This document shows, one piece after another, positions 12,801 through 25,715 of a DNA stretch of 64,000 bases (positions are counted from its first letter, which is position 1; the number at the start of each line of letters is the position of its first letter). Below the pieces are notes generated by a model that was given only the letters and a program-made list of their open reading frames with translations, did no database searches and was not told the origin of the DNA. Location: NCBI GenBank assembly GCA_043228905.1, contig JBHGNT010000017.1:5456001-5520000 (forward strand), read 5' to 3'. This DNA comes from Azolla caroliniana (Eukaryota; Plantae; Polypodiophyta). A program made the position numbers and the translations under genes.

Positions 12801-13870
12801 CATTTCAGAAATGGGGGTTGGATTTTGTCGGTCCATTCAAACCACCAGCAATGAGAACCGGCAACCGGTACGTAATAGTAGCTACGGATTATTGCACAAA
12901 ATGGGTGGAAGCCAAAGCACTATGCGACAACACCGCGACATCCACGACAAATTTTTTATATGAATACATCTGGTGCCGGTATGGATGTTCGATAGAACTA
13001 ATAAGTGACCAAGGTGGGCACTTCTTAGGGCAAGTAGTGGAAAGTTTGACGACATTTTATGCGGTGGTGCACAAACGTAGCATTCCCTATTATCCGCAAG
13101 CCAACGGATTAGCCGAGTCAACAAATAAAACACTACAGAACATCCTTCGAAAAATCGTCAATGAGAACCGGATGGATTGGGATACAAAGCTACACATTGC
13201 ACTCTGGGCCTATCGAACGGCATATAAGACAAGTATCCGCGCAACACTGTTTCGCCTAGCATTCGGATTGGAAGCAGTGATGTCAGTCGAGTTCCAGGTA
13301 CCGAGTTTACGAATACAGATTCGGGAACACCTAAATGAGAAGGAATCAGAAGTTATCCGGTTAGCCACGCTGTGCGAATTGGAAGAACACCGGCTAGCTA
13401 GCATCATGCACCTAGAACTAGAGCAGCGGCGAAGGAAAGCGTTCGTGGATTGTCACCGAAAAGGGAACGAAAAGATGTTCGGAATCGGTAAGCCGGTACT
13501 AGTATTCCAGACCCGGATGGGTAAGATGTCGGGGAAGCTATGGTTTCGGTGGACCGGACCATACTGGATTACGCGTGATTTCAACGGTTCGTACCAGTTA
13601 GGGACACTCGCCGGCGAGGTTCTGGGTAAATGTGTCAATGGGTTCCGACTCAAACCATACAATGGACCCATGCCAAGAAACCCATTTGAACAAGTAAAGG
13701 CCGACACAGAGCTGGACACCGGTAAGTCGGATGAAACGGCAACACAATTTGCAATCGGCAAGAGGGAGCACGAGCCGGCAAACGGCAAGAACGACGCTAC
13801 GGCAAGTAGTCCCGCAGCAGGCAAGTCCCACAATTTGGATAGGGGTCCGGCGGAACCGGAGGCGAATTAA
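9848..13870 (+). pseudogene. Gypsy pol of C (protease-RT-RNase H-integrase), with frameshifts and stops
   Basis: IIDGGSDVNVI protease; RVCVDYRKLN, NGFSGYNQIRM and FLDDF RT motifs; FVDASNIAIG..YSTTEREALG RNase H; integrase CDLCQ..WGLDFVGP..SDQGGHF..QANGLAESTNK; split over ORFs 9848, 11352, 12695. Confidence 0.93.
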
Positions 13871-14108
13871 CCAAACAATTTTTATTAAAAATAAAAATAA
13901 AAATCAAATCAATTCAAATTGAATCAATCAAAGTAAATCATGCAAGGGTGAGGTGTGAACGGACACATGCAAGAACAAGGAGTGAACAGGCACTTTGAAA
14001 AGGTACGTAGTGGGCTATTAATAGGATATTAAACCGCCGCCACATGGCACGTCATTCTATTTTAGTACACGACGTGCACATGTGTGAGTCAGAAAAAAAG
14101 GCGCCAAC

Positions 14109-16342
14109 ATGCAGCAAGAAAACTCCCACCGCATGGAAGCCTTCACATTTCGCGAACAGAGGAGCACAAACGAGCACAGGCCATTGAAGATCATCAGACG
14201 CGAGCCCACGCACACAGAGCCTCCTCAAACACACCCCTCACCAGCGCTCACCGACCTCGAAGAAGCCATGGACTGCCAAGCACTCTCTGAAGTAGCCAAG
14301 AAGTGGCTAAGGCAACACATGTTAGAAGGTTTCCTCACAATCATGGAGGCGCCACCGCACCGGGAGGCGGAGAAGATAGTTAAGGAAATCGACACGGAAC
14401 TGATCACGGAGGAGGCCATCCATGCTTTGATTGGCCTTCTGGAAGGGGGCATCTTCACTATCGACAACCCTACCCTGGAGTAGCTCCGAAAATATTTTGG
14501 GGAATACTCTCTGGCCAGCAAGGCCTACCAGACACAGGGTGGCGAAGATCCACTATTTCGAGAGATTACCCGTGTGCTCCATGAATTTGGACATGTATAC
14601 CCTTGACCCCCGTGCATGCCTCAGAACTGGGCCGCCTTAATCATAGCAGCATATGAAGGTGTGAAGGTGGACTGGCCGGTATTGATTGCGGATGACCTCT
14701 GTGCGGCCATCAACTCTGTCAGAGGCAAGGAGGGTTGGAAGATATGGACGGCAGTGGCGCAATGGCTCACCCTATTGGCGCCACCTATCGAGCCCGTCAA
14801 GACCACGAAGTGGGGAAGAACAACCAAAAGCACCCCGAAAACGGCCTCGAAATGGCAGCAGCTGTTGGCCTCTAAGGCAACCAAAGGGAAGACGGCCGAC
14901 ATGAACCAGGTGGCAAAGGAGCGCGCCAATAGGAAGCAGCAGGTGGAAACGTAGCAGGAGCCACTAGCACGCCCAATCAAGATCAGACTTCACCGACTGG
15001 TTCAACAAGAGCCGGACCCCTTGGTAGCAAAAATCAACATCGGGACTCAAGAGGAGGAAGCGGAGGAGGAACCGTTAGAGCACCTCCAACGGCGCCAGAA
15101 GGCAAGCACCTACGAACAGGCCGGGGAGCGTTCGGACCCAAAGAAGGATAGAATGCCTCTACCCCGCACTGAGCATCCCGCACCAAGGGTGGAACCGGAA
15201 CCGGTTTGGACAAAACCAGTCATAGAGCTCCCTGCACAACAAACTATACCGGTGGGTCAGGATACGGCAAGACCCGAAATGCAAGTGCCGGAAGTACAAT
15301 TTCCTACCCCACTGGCAGGTCAAGAGCAATCAGAGGCAGAGCGGCCAACGGAGCCGCAACCGGAACCAGAACGACAAAGTGGTCACCAACTAGAGACAGA
15401 GTTGCAGCTCAACGCAACCAGACAAAACCGACCACTGGCCAGTGACACCAACAGGCAACCCTCCGGGCAGACGCAACAACAGGGCACCGGCAGCCAATAG
15501 CTCCGGTGGATTGGAGAACAGATTGCCAGAGTGGTGCACTACATAGAGGCGGAAGAGAAAGCGCAGATGGACCAGTTGCTCATCACAACCGGAGAACTAG
15601 AGACGGCCCAATCAAGGATCCGGAGCCTAGAACAAGACTTGGACCTGGCCACAGAAGAATTGGCCAAACTGGCCTTAACCAGACCACAACTCCAAGCATT
15701 GGTGACTCTGGTAGATGTACAGAATAAAGAAACATTGGCACCTATACATAGCAATAAGACCCCGAAGACAGAACCAGTCCCGGAGATAGTGGTGGCGCAA
15801 GAAAAAGAGCTTGCTGAATTGAAAGATGAACTGGCCACACAAGAAGCATTACGCACCCGAGAACAGGACTTGAAGAAAGCGGTAGAAGAAGAGCAAAGAA
15901 AGACTGCTGAGAACCTCCGCCGGCCAGAAGAGAATCTGCGGAAAGGACATCAGGCATATGACCGGCTTAAGGAGGAGAAAGAGAAAGCGCTGCAAGAAAA
16001 GGAGAAGTTGCGACAGATGGCAGAAACAGAGATTGAAAGACTTAAAGAAGAACTCCATCAACAGAAGGATCAAGAAGACCGCGCTCGCCGGCAACTCAAC
16101 CAAAAGCTGAAGCAGAAGACCGATTATTTTGAGCACCTGCACCGGGACTACAAGCACCTGGATATGGAGCATAAGAAACAGCAGGAGAAGATGGCAGAGC
16201 TCCGGCAGGAGGTGCATCGAGTTGAGACAGCGCTAGCGGAGGAACGGGCTAAAAGAACCACGCTGCTGGAGGAAGCTGCACAAGAACGTATGGAGCTCCA
16301 TAAGTAGAATTATGAAGAGAAGGAAAGAGCGACAATGATATT
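14109..16342 (+). pseudogene. Extra sense ORF of C downstream of pol (>=740 codons in one frame; C-terminal coiled coil), unknown function
   Basis: ORFs 14109, 14616, 15021 and 15531 share one frame, separated only by single stops (TAG 14481, TGA 14604, TAG 14952, 15498, 16305); cut by insertion G at 16343. Confidence 0.8.
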
Positions 16343-16994
16343 TGTTGAGCGGAAAGCTCAACTGGAGCCGGATCGGCTGGATAAGCCTGAGCCGGTGAGC
16401 GAGACGGATCGGTAAGTTGGTGAGCAACAGAGCCGGTGAGCTGGGGAGCCGGTTAGCCGGATCCAATCGGTAACCGGAAGCTTAGTATTAGTTTAGACTA
16501 CTAGGCAGTTATAGTCTCGTAGTAAGTGTCAGATGCTCGTGTGAGCATTGAAGTACACGGTACTTTTGTCAGTCCCATGAGGACTTGTATAAATAGTGCT
16601 ATTGAGCACAGTTGTAGGTCACAGAGTGTAATTATATCGTTTTTGAATATAGTTTTTACGTTCTGCTCTCTTTGTCTCTCCTGCGTACTCTGTGTATTCA
16701 CTACTTTCTCTGTTTTCTAACGCTTCCGCAAGTAATCGTTTACATGGTATCAGAGCGCGAGGTTGAGAACCTCCTCTGCAGCTGACAAATGCTGATAGCA
16801 AACCCTAATAGGTCGTAAAACCAGCAGACAGAGAAGTGATGGATAGAGGGATGGCTAGCTCGCTCCCTATGGAGAAACTTGATAGATCCAACTATGCATC
16901 TTGGTCGTATAAGATGCACCAGTACCTGCTTGGGCATGGCTACTGGATTTTCGTCGAAGGAGCCAACGAAACAGCACCTGATGCGGCACATAAG
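16343..16994 (+). mobile_element. Copia remnant G: 5' LTR, PBS and gag start
   Basis: LTR TGTTGAGC...TTTACA 16343-16744; PBS TGGTATCAGAGC 16745-16756; gag MASSLPMEKLDRSNYASWSYKMHQYLLGHGYW, homologous to gag of A. Confidence 0.85.
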
Positions 16995-17676
16995 TGACAG
17001 GAATGCATGCTCCCTTTGCACCACACTCGGCCACAACCGAGTCTAAAATCGAAACACAGAAAAACGGATACTACATGCACGACACAATGGAGAGAAGAGA
17101 ACGCAGGATGTTAACGTAGAAAACCCAAACTAGGGAAAAAACCACAGCAGCCCACAGTCTGCAAACTATCACTATGTCAGAATGTACAAAATGGTAAAGC
17201 ACCGAAGCAACGACCTCGAGCTTTCTATCTTCGCCACAGGCGGCGCTTACAACAGAGGCAACGACCTCTTCCTCTCTCTCACTCTCTCTGTACATAGTTG
17301 CGCGCTCTCTGATCTAGCGCCAACAAGAATGACAACAACAATATAATTTTCTCTGTTTGCCCTAAGTCATATTTATACTAATATGACTTTTTGGCTATTT
17401 ACAAATATAGCCACGATGGACTCTCAGAAAACATATTTACAAATATGTCCCTTCATCCAATGAGCACTCCTCACCGGGCCTGCATCATCCGATGCTTGTC
17501 GGGCACTCATCGTCCGGTTCTCACCGGGTCTTCCGTTTCCGGGTACTCCACATCCGGTTCTCACCGGGTCTTCCGTAGTCGGGTACTCATCATCCGACGC
17601 TTTCCGGGTACACCACATCCGGTTCTCACTGGGTCCTCCGTAGCCGGGTACTCATCATCCGGTTCTCACCGGGTCC
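16995..17676 (-). mobile_element. Partial LTR H related to the LTR of D, inserted in the gag of G
   Basis: Shares, in reverse complement, CTCGGTTGTGGCCGAG, TTTGTAAATAGCC and TAAATATGACTTAGGGCAAAC with the D LTR; has its own CCGG-rich ~45-bp tandem repeats at ~17465-17676; joined abruptly to E. Confidence 0.8.
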
Positions 17677-20235
17677 TTTCCCCGAAGTCCGCGATGACTT
17701 CGTACATTCTCATCGAACTAACCGGAACGATCTGGTCTTCTCTAAGGTTTTCACCGGTCACCTTTCACAACTCGCCCAAGGTGTCCTCAAAAGAGACCGC
17801 CTCCACTGCGCCGCTGATCTTTTCGTCGGGGGAGAGGACTCCGCATCCCCTGAGCCGCTCCTCCGCTCGCTTCATTTCCCGGTCGTTGACGCTGGCTATA
17901 GTACAACCTCCATTTTCGGAAAACCAAAACTTCCTACCTACTGTACATGTGTGGGGTTCTTCCGGACGTCCGGACTACCGCAGCCCCATGCCTTGATAGC
18001 CCTCTCTAAAAATCCCCTCGGTTGTCGCCGCCGAGGGTCTCATGGTTCGGACGTACGGTCATGAATTGGACGGAATGCCGACCGTCCTGGCTCTTGACGC
18101 GCACATACGCCGAACCATTGTCCAGCACCTTCGTCTCCATGCGTGCTGCCGTAATGTATGGTTCGCCGAGAATCACCGGGTGTGAGGATGTTTCCTGCAC
18201 GAAGAAATGTTGATCTATCTCGACATCACCGACCTTTACGCGTATATTTGGGCACGCGCCATGCAGCTCCTCCGTAGCACACGTCGCCGCGCATATCTTC
18301 CACCCATGCTTGGTGTTGATCGGCCATTTACCCCTCTTGTAGAAATCCATGGACATAAGGTTGATTTCAGATCCATGGTCTACCAAGGCCACCACTGGTT
18401 CCGGAACGTCGCCGATCCGCACAGGGGTTTCCATAGTTGCCCTGGCCCAATGCGGCTTCGCGTAGTGGCTTTCCGCCAACTCGTCTTCTAGGACCACGTC
18501 TTCTAAGTGCGTAGTTCGCACCTCCACCGGCTTCTCTGGTTCTGGATCCGTCGAGAGCCTCTTCCGCTTCACCAGGTCTACGATGGAGTCGTGGAACTCC
18601 CTCTTGGCGATTCACAGCACCTCCCGCAACGACATCTCCACTTTACTGTCGAGGATACGTTCCTCCAGGACCTTTCGCAGGTCTATGGTCCTTTCGATTT
18701 CGGTCCTCAACCGAAACCCCGCCTGCTTCTTTCCGTCCGGCGCGCCTAGGTTACCGACACCAGTCGGTTTCGGTCCGAACCGGGTCTCATACCTCTGCGG
18801 GGGACCGACCCCTCCGGCTTTTCCTGCCCGTTTGTCTTCCACCAGAACCTCGTAGTTCTGGCAAACGGCTTCTACGAAGCCCGTTTTCTCTTCGACCGGA
18901 TCGTCCCATCCGGTGACCTCCTGGACCCGTTGTTCCGCGCGGTCCACCTCTTCCTTCTTCAACCGAACTCCAGAGAGGCCTTCTAGCACTAGTGGCCAGA
19001 ATCTGGAGTCCTCCGCCTTCCAGGTCTGCTCACCTCCGACCCGAATTCCCGCCGACACTGAGTAGTTAACGACTTCTACATGCTGTGCCACGGCCTCTTC
19101 CATCAACTTCTTCATTCCACCGCGCCCCGTATTCAGTTCTAGGGCTCTCCAGGTCTCGCTCGCGTGCACCTGCCCGTTCCAGAGGTACACTATGTTGGTC
19201 CCGAGTGTGTCGGCGAAATCCGTGCAATCCTTCCGAATATGACCGATCGCATCACACCACATGCACTGCTGCCCAGCCGGCGGCCTCCGGTCGCGAGGTT
19301 GTTCGCCGCTGTCTCTCCGGGCCTATGCGATCTGCAGGTCGCACACCATCTGTGTCAACTCCTCTAGAGCCGCTCCTTCGGATGGGCCTCTGACCACATC
19401 GTTTGATGCCGACCCCGACTCTGGCCAGATTCGGGTCTCTTCCTTCCTACCGGCCGGCACCGATACCAGCTCCTCGAGCCTCCTCCCCGGGACCGGCCCT
19501 GACCCCGACGAGCTTCCGTCGTTCCAATCGTGCCGTTTGTCGAAACGGCTGCAGACCCGTTTTACCACGGCCCAGTCTGACGTGAGCCCTTCGTCCGTTT
19601 CCAATAGGGGACCCACCTTTTCCCTGTCGAGCGCGTCCACCGACTTGACAAACAGTAGTACTCGACTCGTTTCGAGCACCGTCCGATCCAGCATCGATAG
19701 CCGTGTGAACCGTTTTTCGAACTCCTGGAGGAGCACCGACGTGTTCCTCCCTTTTCCGGGGCTTTCCACCCACGCCATGAAGTCCCACCTCGACAGCCGA
19801 AGCGAGTCGTCAAACTCGTACTTCTCGAGGAGTTGTAGCTCGAACTCCTCCCAAGTCTGGCATCCGGCCAGCACCTCGAGCACCTCCGCGTGGATGCCCG
19901 ACGTCACCACCCGAGGGAATCCGGACAGCCGCCTGTCCACCGGGATATCCCTCATGATCATTTCAGCCCGGTAAGCCTCCAAATAACTTGTGGCGTCTTT
20001 CCCTCCGAACCGGCCTATAGAGCCGACGATCAATTCAATGGCTCTGTCAAGGGTACCCGTCCCCTCACGAGCGCTTACCAGCCGGTCGACGGCTACCGCC
20101 ATTGCCTCTGCTAGCTCCAATCCCCTCATCTTTCGACTCCTTTGCCGCCCGTTTCACGTCGGGTTCACCAAATATGTCGCGTTGTTACGCGCGTGCGCAT
20201 AGAAGGGGCGGGACCACGGGGGTCTTGGACCGAGG

Positions 20236-20282
<47 letters not shown>

Positions 20283-20855
20283 CACAGACACACATAAGCG
20301 AGAAGGAGAGATATAAACGGAACACTTGATTACAATAACAAGAGATTACAAACTCCAACGGTTACAATCGGCAAGGCGGCGATGGGCCCGACACGGGGAC
20401 CCTACTCACGCACACAGACGAAACACACTTGACCCAGAGAAACGCAGAAGGAAATGCCTCTGCTGGCAGCGTATGGGCTACCCACGAAGCAGACGCGTCG
20501 AACTCCCCACTCCCACAGAGAATGACGGTCGGAGGAGGAGAGAGAGTTCCGCTCTTAGTCCTGCAGCACTTCCTCCTCCTTAACGCACGATCCCCCTTCT
20601 CTTCCTTCTCTCCTCTCCTTAAATAGTTCCCAAAAAAAGGGGTGCCCTTTTCCCTAGTCAAATCACTTTATTCCCTGTCCCTTCTGACAGAGATACGCAC
20701 AATCCCTCCTAATAAATGTGCACTACTTAGTATTTACATCAGTTGATCCATTTATCAATCAATATCAAAATATCAAGTCATGCGTCCATCCGTGTAAGAG
20801 CCGGTTCATGCGCCTTTTCTCCCGAATCCGCCTGTGGCCGGTTTTCTTCACGACA
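17677..20855 (-). mobile_element. Ty3/Gypsy element E (tRNA-Trp family): 5' LTR, gag, protease, pol start; truncated
   Basis: 5' LTR 20175-20855 (rc TGTCGTGAAGAAAAC...); Trp PBS rc at ~20153-20170; gag ORFs 19323-20129 and 18612-19262 (CMWCDAIGHIRKDC); protease ALVDHGSEINLM 18006-18572; highly similar to F. Confidence 0.92.
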
Positions 20856-21789
20856 TCGGAAGGAGGACAGATCAGTCCGGAAGTCGACAGATCGGGTTCA
20901 TTAGGAGCCGGCAAGGCGGTCAGGTGCCAGGACGGCGGAGGACCCAGTTGATCACCGTCGCCGAAATCTCTCCCCTTTTCCCTCTTGGCACATACCGGTG
21001 GATGTGCAGTTTGGTGGGGGCGGATGTCGTGAAGATTTCTAGCTACGGTGAGAAACTCGGGTAGGGCAATTAAAATGGGGATGTACAACATTGCACATGC
21101 ACTTGTAAATTTGTATAATGAGCATAAGATAACAAAATGTAAGGGGAAGGGTAATAATCTAAGGTGCTAAAGGTGGACCATCAAGTTCGTAGAGGCATAA
21201 AGGTGATGTGCACTTTGTAGACTAGAGGAAAGTACATGAAGAATGGGTGTAGGGAGTAGTGGGCATTGAGTGTGAATGAGAGAGGAGAGAGAGTTCAAGG
21301 CCCACCGATTTAAGATCAAGGAAAAATATTCCGCATAAAAGAAGGAGATTTGACCTCTCCTTTTGTAATGTGCCTCACCCCTTACTACTATAAAAGGGAG
21401 TGAGGGGTCTCTTGTGAAGGGGTTGTCTATTGTGAGTGAGGAGGGGCTTCCACTTTTTGGGTTTCTTTGGGTTGCCATTAGGGTTTCGGAATTTTGGGTT
21501 TTAGGATCTTGTTTTAGGGTTTTCATTTGTCTTCTTCTTCTTCTTCTTCTTTTCCCCTATTCGGTTAGGGTTTCATCTAGAGGGTTTATATTCGGCCTAC
21601 ACAGCCACGGTTGTAATTGGTGTGGTGCTTTCCATAATGTATCTTGTCTTGTTTAGATATTATTCTCTTGAATCTTAATCTTTCTCTTCCTTCTTAGTTG
21701 AACTCCCAAGCTTCTCTCCCTCCTCTTACTTAGTCCAAGACCCTCGTGATCCTGTCCTATCCGACATGCATGCATGGATTTCCGTGACA

Positions 21790-22867
21790 TTGGGTGTCCG
21801 CATGATGGGTACACCAAACTCACTATCAAGTGAGCAAGCCGATGCATCTGAATCACTGTCATCGGGGTGGTTGACTTCGTATTCGGGCATCTTACCTTTG
21901 CCTTTGTCCAAGCTCGTACTTGGCCACGACGTGCTTGGGTTTTCGAAGGCTGACATAGAGTTCGCTCTATGCCTCATTACGAATAGTTTGTCATAATCAT
22001 CGTATTCAGAGTTGGTGGCATAATTCGTGAGTTGTCGACTTGTTGAAGCCGACTCGCTTCTTCTTTTTCGACACTCCTCGCAATGGCCGATTTTTCCGCA
22101 ATAGTTGCAAGTTGCGGGCCTCATTTGCCGACCTTGTTCGGCATGGAAGCTCCCCCTTCTTCTGAAGGTTCCTCGATGGCTTACGTGAAGGTTTGAGTTC
22201 CCTTTGTGTGATGGGCTGAATTGGCCTCTTCTACCGTCGTGACCTCGTCCTCGCCCACCATCCGAACTTGAGAAGAACATTTGTCCTTCTGACGTCTTCG
22301 TCTTGGTTCTAACACGGTTCTCTTCGACCAATAACATTGATTAGAGGTCGAAGAATGAAGGAGGGTTTTCCCTTGCCAAGATTGCCATCCTCAACGAGTC
22401 GAATCGTTGTGCAAGGCCGCCCAAGCATACTTGAACCATCTCGTCTTCGTCGACGTTTATTTTGATGGAGCCAAGCAAGTAGCAAATGCTCTTGATCTTG
22501 GCGGTGTAGTCCAACATAGACATGTCTTTTTGCCGAATGTTGTTCAACTCGTCGAAGTTGAAGCTTTCGGGCGGTTGTGTTGGCGGCGAACATTTTCTTT
22601 AAGTTCTCCCACACCTCTTTGGGCGTCTTAGCATCTCAAATGTGGCTAAGCATGTGGTCGTGGACACATGTTGTCAAGCAATACATGACTCAACTCGCCA
22701 CTTGCTCCCATGTTGAGTAGTCGGCGTTCTTTGGGTCGGGTCGATTTTCTTGAGCGTCGTTGATGTAGCTCCAATACCCTTGGCCGACAAGGTATTGGTT
22801 CATCTTGTACTCCCAAGATGAATAATTGCTCCGGTCTAGCTTTTCACTAGGGAGTGAGCTACCCATT
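21790..22867 (-). pseudogene. Degenerate gag of Copia A joined to a post-integrase linker
   Basis: MGSSLPSEKLDRSNYSSWEYKMNQYLVGQGYW..., zinc knuckle CNYCGKIGH; stops and frameshifts; continues at 8003-7655 (pre-RT EQDPKS..NPQW) without PR/INT/RT/RH cores. Confidence 0.85.
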
Positions 22868-23604
22868 TGTGTGTTCATGTTGATTGTAGTGTCTTCCGCT
22901 TTTGCTTTCCTTCCTTCGGTCACGTTGTCGTGAAGAAAACCGTCCACAAGCGGAATCGGTGCACCGGAGCGTGGGAACCGACTCTTCGTGCACGTGCGCC
23001 TTATGTTGTACATAGGAGATCCTAGGTAGGTTCGGTAGATAGGAAGTAAGGGGGGAAACGGCTCCTTCCTTGCCTATAAAAGGAGGGAGACGAGGAGGGG
23101 CGAAGGGATCGCGGAGAGTCGAGGACGAAGTGCTGTCGGTTTGCGTGCGAAGGCTTCTCTCTCTCTCTGGTTTGCAAACGCCATAGCTTCCTTCTGTGCA
23201 GGTTTCGGGAGGCTCGCGCTGCTCTGAGGAATGCCCGAGTGCTTCAGGCAACACCTTCAACCTACTCCTTCCCCTCTGTGCGTTTACGAGTAGGTATCGG
23301 CATCTGTTCGCCGGCCTGTTCGGTTGTAACCGACTTCGTGTTTTGTTGTCTTCGTGTTCTTGTTGTTTGTCTTTGTTAATACATACATACGTTTGTGTCT
23401 CCCTGTGTCGCTGTCCCACTCGCGTCTTTGTGTCGAAGGGCCGTGTCCCTGTGAATCTACTCTCGCACGTAGCGGGCATCTTCTCCTTTCTCTCTTGCTC
23501 TTTGGTACAGGACCCCCGAGGTCCCGCCTCATTCCACGCATCCGCGAGGAATACCTCGACATCTTGGTGAACCCGACGTGAAAGAGGCGGCAGAAGAGCA
23601 GAAG

Positions 23605-25715
23605 ATGAAAGGGTCGGATCTTGCAGAGGCCATGGCTTCGGCCGTGGATCGGATACTGAGCGCACGCGAGGGCTCCGGCGCCCTCGACAGAGCCATTGAG
23701 GCGATCGTCGGTACGATCGGCCGGTTAAGCGGAAAGGATGCCACGAAGTATTTGGCGTCCTACGGGGCAGAGATGCTGATGCGGGACATTCCGGAAGAGA
23801 GGCGTCTTGCCGGGTTTCCTCGAGTGGCGATGCCAAGCATCCATGCGGAGGTGCTCGAGGTGCGGGCGGAGAGCCGTACCTGGGAGGAGTTCGAAGGCCG
23901 ACTCCTGGACGACGCGCTCCGGCTTTCGAAACGAGACTCATGGAATGGGTGGAGTCCCCCGGCAAGGGAAGAAACGCGTCGGCACTCCTCCGGGAGTTCG
24001 AAGAACGCTTTGCGCGCCATTCGGCGCTTGACCGAATCATTCTAGATACGAGTCGGGTCCTACTGTTCGTCAAGACGGTGGACAAGCGGGACCGGGATCA
24101 AGTCGGCTCCTTGCTGGAAACCGAAGACGGGCTAACGACCGACTGGGCAGCGGTTAAGAGAGTCTGTGGCCGTTTCGACAAACGGCGAGAATGGGCTGAT
24201 AACGGGGCGGCCAGTGCGGGGTTTGTCACAGCAAGGAGGCTTGAACCGGCACCGCAAGGGCGAAGGGAAGAAACCCGGGAATGGCTCGAAACCGGCCCGG
24301 CTTCGACCGGCATGGTCAGTGGCTCGTCCGGAGGAGCAGCGCTGGAGGAGTTGACGCGGGCGATAAAGGACCTCCAGATCGCCCAGACTCGAAGGGAAGG
24401 CGGCGAACCGGCTCGTGACCGACGGTCGGCAGCAGGGAACAGGTGCATGTGGTGCGACAAGGTCGGCCACATCCGGAAGGACTGCGGCGATTTCGCAGAA
24501 GCGCTGAGGAACCGGGTGGTGTACCTGTGGGAAGGTCGGGTGCACGCCGGCGACACCAGGAGGGCCCTGAACTGAAACGACGGGCGAGGAGGAATGAAGA
24601 GACTGATGGAAGAGGCAGCGGCCCGACACGTGGAGGCCATCCACTACTCGGCGTCGGCCGGCATTCGGGTCGGGGGCAGCGAGGCCCGAAAGGAGGGCAA
24701 AGATGGATTCTGGTCGGCAATGCTGGAAGGTCTTGCCGGCGCACGGCTAAGGAAAGATGAAACGGACCACACTGAGAGACGGGTCCGGGAAATAACCGGG
24801 TGGAGCGATCCGGTCGAGGAAAAGGCGGGCTTTGTAGAAGCCGCCTGCCGAAACTACGAGGCTCTGGTTGAAGACAAACGGGTGGGGAAAACCGGAGCGG
24901 CCGGGCCCTCGCAACGATACGAGACCCGATTCGGGCAACGACGGAACAAAGCCGGTGGGTCCAACGCGCAAGATAACCCCAGGAAGGGCGGATACCGACT
25001 GGGGACGGAAATAGAAAGGACTACGGACCTACGAAAGGTCCTAGAAGAACGGATCCTCGACAGCAAAGTGGAGTTGTCATTGTGAGAGGTGTTAGGGATC
25101 GCCAAGAAGGAGTTCCACGACTCCATTGTAGACTTGGTGAAACGGAAGAGGCTGTCGACGGAGACGGATCCGGAAAGACCAGTAGAGGTGCGGACGACGC
25201 ACATCGACGACTCGGCGCTGGCAGATGAGTGGGCGGAGAGCCACTATTCGAGGCCACACTGGGCCCGAGCGACCACGGAGACCCCGATAAAGATCGGAGA
25301 TGTTCAGGAACCGGTGGTGGCGTTGGTGGACCACGGTTCAGAAATAAACCTGATGTCCATGGACTTCTATAAGAAGGGGAAGTGGCCGATCAACACCAAG
25401 CACGGGTGGAAGATACAGGCGGCGACGCGCGCCACCGAGGAACTGCATGGGGCCTGCCCGAACGTGCGAGTCAAGATCGGCGACGTCGAGATTGACCAGC
25501 ACTTCTTCGTACAGGAGACGTCCTCGCACCCGGTCATATTAGGGGAACCATACATCACGGCGGCGCGGATGGAGACCAAAGTGTTGGACAACGGTTCAGC
25601 CTACGCGAGGGTCAAAAGCCAGGATGGGCGCCATTCAGTCCAATTTCTGACGGTGCGACCGAACCACGAGCGGAACCGCGAATCCCTCGGTGGCGAGAAC
25701 CGGGAGGATTTTTAG
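23605..25715 (+). pseudogene. Gag-protease of F (a few frameshifts/stops)
   Basis: MKGSDLAEAMASAV..., zinc knuckle CMWCDKVGHIRKDC, protease ALVDHGSEINLM..VILGEPY; ends REDF* at 25713-25715. Confidence 0.9.

Larger units (their letters stand above)
9070..16342 (+). mobile_element. Ty3/Gypsy element C (non-chromovirus, Athila/Tat-like), 3'-truncated
   Basis: 5' LTR TGTTA...TAACA 9070-9438; PBS-like TGGCGACCAC 9446-9455; gag remnant with CYYCRQEGHYSNQC (~9775-9817); no 3' LTR found. Confidence 0.85.
8004..21789 (+). mobile_element. Ty3/Gypsy element B (tRNA-Trp family), degenerate, inserted into A; contains C, G, H and E
   Basis: LTRs 8004-8750 and 21025-21789 (TGTCRTGAAGA...GACA); degenerate Trp PBS TGGCGAACCTGACATGAA 8754-8771; gag fragment 8793-9069 similar to gag of E/F (FQEFEHRFAQL..KVLLFLKTV); PPT GGTGGGGGCGGA before 21025. 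A sequence continues across it (..IMRTP | VKKALTS..). Confidence 0.88.
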
